Source of the DNA: a virus
Taxonomy: Duplodnaviria; Caudoviricetes
Virus record (IMG/VR): IMGVR_UViG_3300043466_003081
Location: 1 to 59,682 of that record
Length of the DNA stretch: 59,682 nucleotides
Strand: one strand, 5' to 3'
In this document: in pieces, positions 7,194 through 16,100 of the stretch
How positions within the stretch are numbered: the stretch's first letter is position 1
Layout of the letters: every line of letters starts with the position of its first letter
Position numbers and translations under genes: made by a program
Notes under the pieces: model-generated
Database searches by the model: none
Seen by the model: only the letters and a program-made list of their open reading frames with translations
Told to the model about the DNA's origin: nothing

Positions 7194-7220
7194 TGAGCCT
7201 TTTAACGACCTGCTCAGGTC
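7194..7220 (-). repeat. pseudoknot motif copy
   Basis: Minus strand GACCTGAGCAGGTCGTTAAAAGGCTCA; 26/27 identical to 7613-7639. Confidence 0.75.
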
Positions 7221-7226
7221 GGCTTA

Positions 7227-7418
7227 CTATTTTACTTCGTAAGCACGAAGTTGAGCTTTTAACGACTCAATAGAATCGTTAGCTGCTCTGAGGCTGTCTT
7301 CTAAATGACCAACTTGATCATAAAGACGACTAGACTCCTCATAGTACTCCAAATACATCTTGTACCAATATTTCCCATTTAGGGTATAGTACAAGTTATT
7401 CCGAAGTGTCTTCAGCAT
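7227..7418 (-). CDS. hypothetical coiled-coil protein
   Basis: 63 aa, AAGGAG RBS. Confidence 0.6.
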   Translation of the reverse strand: MLKTLRNNLYYTLNGKYWYKMYLEYYEESSRLYDQVGHLEDSLRAANDSIESLKAQLRAYEVK

Positions 7419-7445
7419 GGTTTACTCCTTTTGCTGAGGGGGTCG

Positions 7446-7639
7446 AAAAAAAAAAAGTAAAGTAAGCAGTTTATTCACTTGCTTGGGTGATGTCGTGGGT
7501 ATACTTCATAGATCCTTATCCACGCTATGAAGAACTCCGCATGCTCCCGGAGTTAACGAGTTGGCCTCTGTAGTTGCCAACAAAGCAGTATTATTTTAGC
7601 TTTTAGGGAAGGTGAGCCTTTTAATGACCTGCTCAGGTC
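7446..7639 (-). ncRNA. candidate structured non-coding RNA (three pseudoknots and two plain hairpins, ending in a U-tract)
   Basis: ORF-free ~195 nt packed with stems: GACCT/AGGTC, GTTGGC/GCCAAC, AACTCCG/CGGAGTT, CTTCATAG/CTATGAAG, TCAC/GTGA; T11 tail. Confidence 0.55.
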
Positions 7640-7644
7640 TTCTG

Positions 7645-7923
7645 TTAGTTAACAGCTACTGCTTCGTCTCCAATCGGAGATTCCACAATATCTGCTTCCT
7701 TAGTTTTTAGCGCTTCCAGTTTACGGTCGATAATCACCAGTTGATCGGTAATTTCACCAACAGCCTTGAAGGAAACGGTCTGCACTACTTCAGCTACACC
7801 TTTAGCTACAGTGGCTGCAACACCAATGTAAACAAAAGGAACTGACACAGTACCAGCAACAAACCCAGCGCCAAACTGAGCAACAGACAGGGCGGCATTA
7901 CGGACTTTCATTTGACTCTCCAT
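7645..7923 (-). CDS. hypothetical protein, first gene of the leftward block (start probably 7911)
   Basis: Hydrophobic Gly/Ala-rich segment; GGAG RBS before MKVRNAA. Confidence 0.6.
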   Translation of the reverse strand: MESQMKVRNAALSVAQFGAGFVAGTVSVPFVYIGVAATVAKGVAEVVQTVSFKAVGEITDQLVIIDRKLEALKTKEADIVESPIGDEAVAVN

Positions 7924-8013
7924 TATTGGGGGTTAAGAGATTTCTCGTCTTGAGATTATCTCATTATAGATACATAGTTTTCCTCACTTTTTTAGCATAC
8001 CAAAAGGAATAAA

Positions 8014-8691
8014 ATGACAAAAAGAATTCGTACTCGTCCACGACCTCTTGTTGAAAAGGCTGTTCACATTCAGCCAAAGACTCAAAACCAAGATCGGTTA
8101 ATTAGAGCTATCGAGCAAAACCAACTTGTAGTTACAATTGGTCCAGCAGGTGTTGGTAAAACTTATTGCGCTGTTAATGCAGCTGTAAACTTGCTTGTGC
8201 AAGGTCGTGTGAAGAAACTTGTACTAGTTCGTGCTAATATACCTACAGGAAAAACTCTTGGCTCTTTTCCCGGTGACATTTACGATAAGCTTGGTCCTTG
8301 GTTAGCTCCTATGACTAGTGAGATTAAAAAGAGACTTGGTGCAAATGACTACGATGCTAAGCGTCATTCAGGTCAAATCGAGTTTCATCCACTAGAAACT
8401 ATTCGTGGTGCTAGCTTTGAGGACACAATTATTCTCGTTGACGAATCTCAGAATTTAACTTATGAAGAAGTGAAGGCAATTACTACAAGAATCGGTGAGA
8501 ACTCTAAAATGATTCTCATGGGTGATCCTATGCAGAGAGATACACGTGACTCTGGTCTAACAACCTTTAAAAAGATTATTAACCAATTTGACTTAGAGAT
8601 TCCTGTTGTTGAGTTTGGTCTAGACGATATTGTTCGTTCTGATCTAGTCGCTCAACTTGTGAAAGCCTATGTAAAATATGAGAAAAACTAA
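8014..8691 (+). CDS. phoH: PhoH-family ATPase
   Basis: GPAGVGKT Walker A, LGSFPGD, PLETIRGASF, DESQN, TRIGENSK, GDPMQ.D, DIVRS motifs. Confidence 0.95.
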   Translation: MTKRIRTRPRPLVEKAVHIQPKTQNQDRLIRAIEQNQLVVTIGPAGVGKTYCAVNAAVNLLVQGRVKKLVLVRANIPTGKTLGSFPGDIYDKLGPWLAPMTSEIKKRLGANDYDAKRHSGQIEFHPLETIRGASFEDTIILVDESQNLTYEEVKAITTRIGENSKMILMGDPMQRDTRDSGLTTFKKIINQFDLEIPVVEFGLDDIVRSDLVAQLVKAYVKYEKN

Positions 8692-8775
8692 CACACACTA
8701 ACGCCCATTGTTTTCAGGCCAAAAACTTTCCTAAAAGAATCGACCCTGAAACTGTAAAAATAAAGGACAACAAAT

Positions 8776-9084
8776 ATGGCAAGAAATCAAGCAGCAGTGC
8801 ATGTACCAGTTGGTGTATGGACTGAACTAACTGGCGGTGATGCAACTAAGATCACATGGCAAATCGTCACTAACGAAGAGAAACTAAATGGTGTTTACGT
8901 CCGTGTAACAGACAACGGTACAGCCCCAACAGAACAGTATGGTCTCCATTTCGCAACTTGGGACGATCATGAGATTAACCGCACCATTACTGACTATCGT
9001 GCAGGTGTAGCAGGCGCTAAGCGTGTCTGGGCCAAAGCAATTAAAGAAGCTGTTGTAGTAGTCGTATCAGACGATAGCGTATAA
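8776..9084 (+). CDS. hypothetical protein (possibly virion)
   Basis: 102 aa, AAGGA RBS, beta-rich, just upstream of the portal. Confidence 0.65.
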   Translation: MARNQAAVHVPVGVWTELTGGDATKITWQIVTNEEKLNGVYVRVTDNGTAPTEQYGLHFATWDDHEINRTITDYRAGVAGAKRVWAKAIKEAVVVVVSDDSV

Positions 9085-9100
9085 CTCTAAGGAGAAATAA

Positions 9101-10666
9101 ATGACCCAGATACCAACTCTTACTTCTAAGTCTAGTGTTGGCACTCCAACTTACGAATATGAATCTATGGTTCGTATCTGGAAACGTTGCCGCGCTATTC
9201 TAAACGGAGAGCTTTATGCTAAAGAGCATGACCGTTATCTCGATCAAGTAAACTATACTAACTTATTAGTACCTTTTAGCCCTCGTATGTCAGCAGAACA
9301 GTATCGCTGGTACGTAGCTGAAGCAGAACTACCTGGGTTAACCTCTCAGTATGCAAAGATTCTCACAGGTGGTTTGCTACGTAAACCCCCAGAAATGACA
9401 CTACCTGAAACAGTACCCGAAGAAGCTCTTAACTGGCTACGTAATCGCTTTACTGAGGACGGTCGTCCAATGGTTGCTTTCCTTGATGCAGCTATTTGGG
9501 AGGAACTTTCAACTAGCCGCGGTTGGGTTTCTGTAGACTTTCCTATGGTCCCTAACTATACCGATCTAGACCCTGAACAAAAACAAATGATTGCTCCTTA
9601 TCCAGTACTTTGGAGAGCAGAAGATGTTATTAACTGGCAAACTGGTATTGACAAAGTTACAGGTCGTCCAACTCTTACTCGTATTGTATTCCGCTACATT
9701 GGTAGAACTTATAGAGACTCTGAGTGGCATCCTAACCTTGACATCGTTGCTGCAGACCACTATCTTGATGAGGCAGGTGTCTACAGGGTACAGTACTACA
9801 AAAAAGAGGGTGAAGCAACAGTAGACCTGATTAACGGTGATCTAAAGATGACTCAGCTCTTTGGTACTGAATTGTTCTCGAATGATCACTGGATCGCAGA
9901 TGGCGAGCCTCTAACTCCTATGATGTGGGGCGAGCCTATGAAACAGCTTCCTATCTTCCCATTGAATGGTGAAGTTACTCTTGAAGCTCCTATGCTGACT
10001 CCTCTTATTGACAAAGAAATTGCGCTCTACAATAAAGTCTCTCGTCGCAACCATTTGATGTACGGTGCTTCTACTTTTACTCCTGTTGTTTTCTCTGACA
10101 TGAGTAATGAAGATTTTGCTAGCGTAGTTAATGCTGGTTTAGGCTCTTGGATTAAGCTAGGATCTAATGACAAAATTGATGCTTTCCGTACTCCAACAGA
10201 TGCTTTAGCAGACATGGAAAAGGCTATTGAAGCTTCTCTTTCTGAAATGGCTCGCATGGGTGTTCGTATCCTTGCGCCTGAAGGCGATCAGTCTGGTATT
10301 GCGCTAGAAATCCGTAACTCAAGCCTAACAGCACAGCTAGGTCTACTTAATAATAAGCTATCTGCTACTATGGGTGAAGTTATCAAGCTAATGCTTCGTT
10401 GGCGTTATGGTAAAGATCTTGATGTAGAAGAGCTAGAATTCAAACTATCAGCAGACTTTAACCCAACACCTCTTGGTTCTGAATGGACTCGTCTAGTAAC
10501 TGAATGGTATCAGAATCGTTTGATTCCTCGTTCTGTATGGCTTTCTGTAGCTAAACAACATGATATTATTCCTAATGACTATGATGATGTAGCAGGTATG
10601 GAAGAAATCGGTCAAGATCCACTAATTCAAGACAACTCTGGCATAGACATAGAGGATAGTGTATAA
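9101..10666 (+). CDS. portal protein (DUF4055-like)
   Basis: 521 aa; position in the head module; GLLRKPP, YPVLWRAEDVINW and PMLTPLIDKEIALY segments resemble DUF4055 portals. Confidence 0.8.
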   Translation: MTQIPTLTSKSSVGTPTYEYESMVRIWKRCRAILNGELYAKEHDRYLDQVNYTNLLVPFSPRMSAEQYRWYVAEAELPGLTSQYAKILTGGLLRKPPEMTLPETVPEEALNWLRNRFTEDGRPMVAFLDAAIWEELSTSRGWVSVDFPMVPNYTDLDPEQKQMIAPYPVLWRAEDVINWQTGIDKVTGRPTLTRIVFRYIGRTYRDSEWHPNLDIVAADHYLDEAGVYRVQYYKKEGEATVDLINGDLKMTQLFGTELFSNDHWIADGEPLTPMMWGEPMKQLPIFPLNGEVTLEAPMLTPLIDKEIALYNKVSRRNHLMYGASTFTPVVFSDMSNEDFASVVNAGLGSWIKLGSNDKIDAFRTPTDALADMEKAIEASLSEMARMGVRILAPEGDQSGIALEIRNSSLTAQLGLLNNKLSATMGEVIKLMLRWRYGKDLDVEELEFKLSADFNPTPLGSEWTRLVTEWYQNRLIPRSVWLSVAKQHDIIPNDYDDVAGMEEIGQDPLIQDNSGIDIEDSV

Positions 10667-10860
10667 TGTTTTTAGCAATGCTACTAGTGTGCACTTCAGC
10701 TGAAGTACAATCTTGCGAAATCTTTTACAATACTGAAGAGGTCTTTGTAACTCAAGAAGCTTGTGAAGCAGATCTTGATGAAGCTTCTACTTTTCTTGAC
10801 AGTCCTGAAGTTTACTACAGCAAGACTGGTTGCATTGTTCTTCCTGGGGAGTCTGCGTAA
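10666..10860 (+). CDS. small Cys-containing secreted/periplasmic-like protein
   Basis: MFLAMLLVC...C...C...C pattern, coupled to the portal stop. Confidence 0.6.
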   Translation: MFLAMLLVCTSAEVQSCEIFYNTEEVFVTQEACEADLDEASTFLDSPEVYYSKTGCIVLPGESA

Positions 10861-11006
10861 TGCCTCTCAAAAAAGGTTATTCACAAAAGACTATTTCTTC
10901 TAACATTCGTAGAGAGAAGAAACGTGGTCATTCACAGAAACAGTCTGTAGCTATCGCATTGTCGGTAGCTGCAGAGGCTAAAAAGAAAAGAAATAAAAAG
11001 AAATAA
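10860..11006 (+). CDS. small highly basic protein, 48 aa
   Basis: Translated by hand: [48 protein letters not shown]; TAATG coupling. Confidence 0.7.
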   Translation: MPLKKGYSQKTISSNIRREKKRGHSQKQSVAIALSVAAEAKKKRNKKK

Positions 11007-11070
11007 CTCTCCTCAATGAAGGATCTTAACAACACAACCCAGCTGAGGCTCGGTTAGAGGAGACACACAC

Positions 11071-11508
11071 ATGGCACGCAGTAGAATTACATCTGCTTCC
11101 CAAGATCTTATCTCTGATAATGGAGCAGTCTTAGCAAGCATTGTTGACGGTGAACAGATTCAAATGGAAGTAACCCTTAATTGGCTAACTAACCTTACAG
11201 GTTACCAAATAAAAGTTACCGTCATTGAAGCTCTAAACACTGGCGATGGTAAAATACCTACTGCTGTACAACCTAGCGGTGTAATTTATCAGTTACCAAT
11301 TTTAGATGCTACTGTTACAGACAATACTTTTAAGATTGTTTTTCCAGAAAATTTGATTGATAGTTGGGAAACAGAGCCCTCACCTGATAAACCTGTTTAT
11401 GGATATATAGAATTAGAAGTAAAAGATACTGGAGTAGGTACTCTACAGCAAATTTGGAAGCCTATTAGAGGTTTAGTAGAAATTTTGTATTCTCCAACGG
11501 ACGCTTAA
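11071..11508 (+). CDS. putative virion structural protein
   Basis: 145 aa beta-rich, GAGGAG RBS, precedes the fibre genes. Confidence 0.6.
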   Translation: MARSRITSASQDLISDNGAVLASIVDGEQIQMEVTLNWLTNLTGYQIKVTVIEALNTGDGKIPTAVQPSGVIYQLPILDATVTDNTFKIVFPENLIDSWETEPSPDKPVYGYIELEVKDTGVGTLQQIWKPIRGLVEILYSPTDA

Positions 11509-11509
11509 A

Positions 11510-11992
11510 ATGACATACAAACTTTCTACTAAAGGAAATAAATTAGAAGTAAGCTTAACTACAAACAAACTTGTTACAGAAGTTGATAAGTTAGAGTATG
11601 CAGTTTCTTTGTCAAGAACAGGTGGACAGGGAACTAAAGGCGATACTATCAGCAATGTTTACGTCGATGCTAATCAACACTTAATTGTTCAAACAACTAA
11701 CTCTTTAGGGGTAGTAACTTCTTTTGATGCAGGCGATGTTGAAGCAGAGATTGTTTTAAACCATCTTGAAGATGTTACTATTACAAATATTCAAGAAGCT
11801 GACATTATTGCTTATGACTCTACTACACAAGTCTTTAGAAACTATCAGCTAACAACTTCTCGTTTGTTAGATGTAGACAACAATGACAGAACTGACGGTT
11901 CTCTTCTTGTTTTTAAAGAAAATGATAACAAGTATGTTGCAACAAGCTTACTTAACAATCCAAACACTATTATTACTGGGGGAACCTTCTAA
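11510..11992 (+). CDS. putative fibre-associated structural protein
   Basis: GGQGTKGD collagen-like triplets; L..LEDVTITN...D.IAYD fibre repeat. Confidence 0.6.
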   Translation: MTYKLSTKGNKLEVSLTTNKLVTEVDKLEYAVSLSRTGGQGTKGDTISNVYVDANQHLIVQTTNSLGVVTSFDAGDVEAEIVLNHLEDVTITNIQEADIIAYDSTTQVFRNYQLTTSRLLDVDNNDRTDGSLLVFKENDNKYVATSLLNNPNTIITGGTF

Positions 11993-13086
11993 TGGCAACT
12001 AAAATTCTTCTTAAAAAATCTAGTACAGCAGGTGCTGTGCCGCTAACAACCGATCTCGAAATTGGTGAAGTAGCATTAAACCTTGCTGATCGTAAACTTT
12101 ATTCTAAAAATAATTCTAACACTGTAATTCCTATTGGCTCTGCGTATGTTGGCACTACTGCTCCTACTGCTCCTGCTGAAGGCGATCTTTGGTACGATTC
12201 TACTAACGATCTTCTAAAAGCGTATAATGGTACTGCTTGGGCAGCTGCAGGTTACACTTCTCTAACTCAATTTGGTGTTAACGCTAGTGCTGCAGAGTTA
12301 AATATCCTTGATGGAGCTACACTAACTACTACTGAGCTAAACTATGTTGATGGTGTTACCTCTGCTATTCAAACTCAGTTAGATGGCAAATCTTCCACTT
12401 CGCATAACCATACTATTGACTCACTTTCTAACGTAGTTGTCACTTCTAACTCTGATAACGAAGTACTAGCTTGGGATTCAGCTACTTCTAAGTGGATTAA
12501 CCAAACAGCAGCAGAAGCTGGTCTCGCTACTGCAGCTCACAACCACACTTTAGATTCTCTTTCTAACGTTACGATCACATCAAATGCTAGCGGTGAAATC
12601 TTAAAGTGGAATGGCACTGCTTGGATCAACAATACTCTTGCAGAAGCAGGTATTCAACCAGCTGGTTCTTACCTAACTGCCGAAGCAGATACTCTTGCTA
12701 CTGTAACAGGTCGTGGTGCAACTACTGCAACTGCTGTCTCAGTTACTAACGCTACAGCTTCATCTAACACTACTACAGGTGCATTGATCGTAACTGGTGG
12801 TGTTGGTGTTGGTGGTAACCTCAACGTTGGTGGCAACACTACTATCACAGGTAACTTAACTGTTAGCGGCACTACTACTACTGTCAACTCAAACACTGTT
12901 AACATTGGCGACAACATTATTGTTCTCAACTCTGATGAAACAGGGGCTGCTAGCCAAAATGCTGGTTTTGAAGTAGAGCGTGGTACTGATGCTAACGTAC
13001 AGTTTATCTGGAACGAAGGTAACGACGCTTGGGACATGGGCGATTGGCCATTACAAAACGTAAAGCTTGACGGCGGTTCTTACTAA
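11992..13086 (+). CDS. fibre protein (short)
   Basis: Mtd_N-like start (VPLTTDLEIGEVALN), SA.ELNILDG, HNHT.DSLSNV repeats, TGALIVTGGVGVGGNLNVGG fibre motifs. Confidence 0.75.
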   Translation: MATKILLKKSSTAGAVPLTTDLEIGEVALNLADRKLYSKNNSNTVIPIGSAYVGTTAPTAPAEGDLWYDSTNDLLKAYNGTAWAAAGYTSLTQFGVNASAAELNILDGATLTTTELNYVDGVTSAIQTQLDGKSSTSHNHTIDSLSNVVVTSNSDNEVLAWDSATSKWINQTAAEAGLATAAHNHTLDSLSNVTITSNASGEILKWNGTAWINNTLAEAGIQPAGSYLTAEADTLATVTGRGATTATAVSVTNATASSNTTTGALIVTGGVGVGGNLNVGGNTTITGNLTVSGTTTTVNSNTVNIGDNIIVLNSDETGAASQNAGFEVERGTDANVQFIWNEGNDAWDMGDWPLQNVKLDGGSY

Positions 13087-13108
13087 GACATAGAAAGGTC
13101 TCATCTAT

Positions 13109-16100
13109 ATGGCGACTAAAATTATTCACAAGAAGTCTAGTGTTGCTGAAAAAGTTCCACTAACGACTGATCTTGAAATCGGCGAGCTTGCTATCAACCT
13201 TGTCGATAAAAAACTTTTCTCAAAAGATGGCAACGGTAACATCATCGAGTTCGGCTCTGTAGAAGTACAGCAGCTAACTGTTTACAATGGTACTGGTGCT
13301 ACTATTCCTAAAGGCTCTGCTGTTTATATCAATGGAGCACAAGGACAAAGACCTAGTATTGCTTTAGCTAGTAACGCTAGTGAAGCTACTTCTAGCAAGA
13401 CTATTGGTTTCGTAAATGCAGACATTCTCAATGGAGCTGAAGGTGTAGTAACTACAGAAGGTTTAGTTTACAACTTAAATACGGCGGCTTTTACAGAAGG
13501 TGGAGCTATTTATCTGGGTGCTACAGCAGGTTCTATTACTCAGACTAAGCCTGTTGCTCCTGCCCACTTAGTTTCTCTTGGTTGGGTAGTCAAAGCTCAC
13601 GCTAGCTCAGGCCGTATTCTTGCTCATGTACAGAATGGCTTTGAGTTAAATGAGCTACATGACGTTCTTATTACTAGCCCTGCTAACACACAAGTACTAG
13701 CCTACGAGACCTCCACAGGTCTTTGGAAAAACTCTAATTTAGACTGGGCTAACGTACAGAACAAACCTGACCCTGTCATTACTCTTGCAGGTGACTTGTC
13801 AGGTAGTGTTACTCTTACAGACCTTGCTTCAGGCACTCTAACAGCTACTATTGCAGCGAACTCTGTTGCTCTTGGTACAGACACTACAGGCAACTACGTG
13901 GCTACTGTTGCAGCAGGTACTTCAGGTGCACAAACAAGCTCTAGTGGTTTAACTATCTCTGCAACAGCAGGAGAAGGTACAGCTGCAACTATTGCTCATG
14001 CCGATACTTCTACAGCAGCTAATTTAACTGCTAGTGGTAGAACTTATGTAACAGGTTTGACTTTTGACACCTATGGTCATGTTACTGCTTATACAACTGG
14101 AGCAGAAACTGTAACTGATACTAATACAACAAGTTTACCTATTGAAAACTCAGCAGGTACAGTACAATTTACTGCAACAGATACAACAGGGCTACAATTT
14201 GTAGGTTCTGGGGCTACTACTGTAGCTTTTGATGCAGCTAACTCAAGAGTGACTATTTCAAGCACAGACACAAACTCAGGTGGTACAGTAACTTCAGTTA
14301 GTGGAACTGCTCCTATTGTTAGCTCTGGTGGCACTACACCAGCTATTTCAATCACTGCAGCTACAACTTCAGCTGCTGGGTCAATGAGTGCCGCTGATAA
14401 GACTAAACTCGACGGTATTGCAACTAGCGCTAACAACTACTCTTTACCAGCAGCTACCTCAACTGCTCTTGGTGGTATTGAACTATTCAGTGATACTGCA
14501 CAAACCGTAGCAGCTAATACAGTTTCAACTACAGCTGGCAGAACTTATGGTTTGCAAGCTAACGGTTCTGGTCAAGGAGTAGTTAACGTTCCTTGGACTG
14601 ATACGAATACTACAAGCTTACCTATTAAGAACTCAGCGGGTGTTACTCAGATAACTGTAACTGATACTACTGGTTTACAATTTGTTGGTTCAGGAACTAC
14701 AAATGTTGCTTTTGATTCTCCAAATTCAAGAGTTACTATTTCTAGTACAGATTACACTTTACCTGCAGCATCTTCCACTACGAGAGGTGGTGTTGAGCTA
14801 TTTAGTGATACAATACAAACTACAGCAGCTAATGCTACCTCTCAAACAGCTAGTAGAACTTATGGTGTTCAAGTTAACTCTGACGCTCAATTAGTAGTCA
14901 ACGTTCCTTGGACTGATACAACCTCGACTTATACACTCCCAGCCGCTACATCAACTGCTCTTGGTGGTATTGAGCTAGCTTCAGATACTGTTCAAACTGT
15001 TGCTGCAGAAGCAGTTTCAGCTACTGCTTCAAGAACTTATGGTGTTCAAGTTAACTCTGCAGGTCAAGCTGTTGTTAACGTTCCTTGGGTAGATACAAAC
15101 TCTGGGGGAAATGCTCTTACTAGCAATACTTTAGCTCAGTTTGCAGCAACAACTTCTGCTCAACTTGCAGGCGTTATCTCAGATGAAACTGGATCGGGAG
15201 CTCTTGTATTTGGCACATCGCCTTCATTTACTACAGGTATTAACGCCGCTAGCGCCACAATGTCGTTGTTTGATACCACGGCAACAACTGTGCATGCTTT
15301 TGGTGCAGCTACTACAGGTAATCTTGGTTATGACGGTACTGCAGCTAGTACCACTAATATTTCAATTGGTGCTAATACTTCTGGTGTAGTTAAAGCAGTT
15401 AATATTGGAACCGGAGGCGTTTCTGGTTCTACCACTAATATTACTTTAGGCTCTACAACAGCAGGTGCACTCGGAAATACTACTGTAAGATCATCTTCTC
15501 TTATCGTACCAAACCGTTTAGCAGTGGGTGCTGATATGGCCGCCAATACTGGCCCCATTTTAACTCTTGGTACAATTACTAATAATGGCAGCGGCCTTAT
15601 GAATGGCACTCATACAAACCAAGCATTTGTTGGTGGCTCCGGGTCTGGTATGCTTGGTACGGTCACTGTTGCGCTTGGTGTTGTAACTGGGATTACTCTT
15701 ACTTGGGGAGGTCATAAATATTTAGTTGGCGATGTCCTTACTATGACGTCGTTATCTACAGCTTTAGCTACAACTGCAATTAGCGGAAACGGCACTACTG
15801 TAACTATTACGTTTGCAACTCAAGCTGCCGCTCCATTTGAAGTTGGTTCACAAATTTTTGTTTCAGGTGTTACACCTACTGGCTATAACGGCACTTTTAC
15901 TGTTACTGCTTGTACGACTACTTCAGTTTCTTATGCAAATGCTACAACGGGCGCGCAAACTGTGGCTGGCACGGTTAAGATGGGCTCAGCTCTTACTTCT
16001 TCAACCATTCCAGTGGCTACTATCCAAGGTGCGAATATTTATGTTAACTCGTATACTTCTGATTCAATTGGCGCAAGAATTCGTCTAGAATCAAACGATA

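Noticed and set aside
1028-7273. Plus-strand ORFs in the early region (1028..1294, 2287..2589, 2495..2701, 2987..3310, 4889..5086, 5189..5374, 6901..7089, 7040..7273)
   Set aside because: They overlap well-coupled minus-strand genes and lack RBSs
6948-7639. Repeats of ~27 bp considered as a CRISPR array
   Set aside because: Spacing is irregular (150-270 bp), spacers contain ORFs, and no cas genes are present
7446-7639. Structured region considered as tRNA or hammerhead/HDV ribozyme
   Set aside because: No cloverleaf or TTCRA T-loop and no CUGANGA/GAAA core seen by eye; an Rfam search is still needed
8014-8691. P-loop ATPase before the portal considered as terminase
   Set aside because: The motifs are those of PhoH, the protein is too short and it has no nuclease domain
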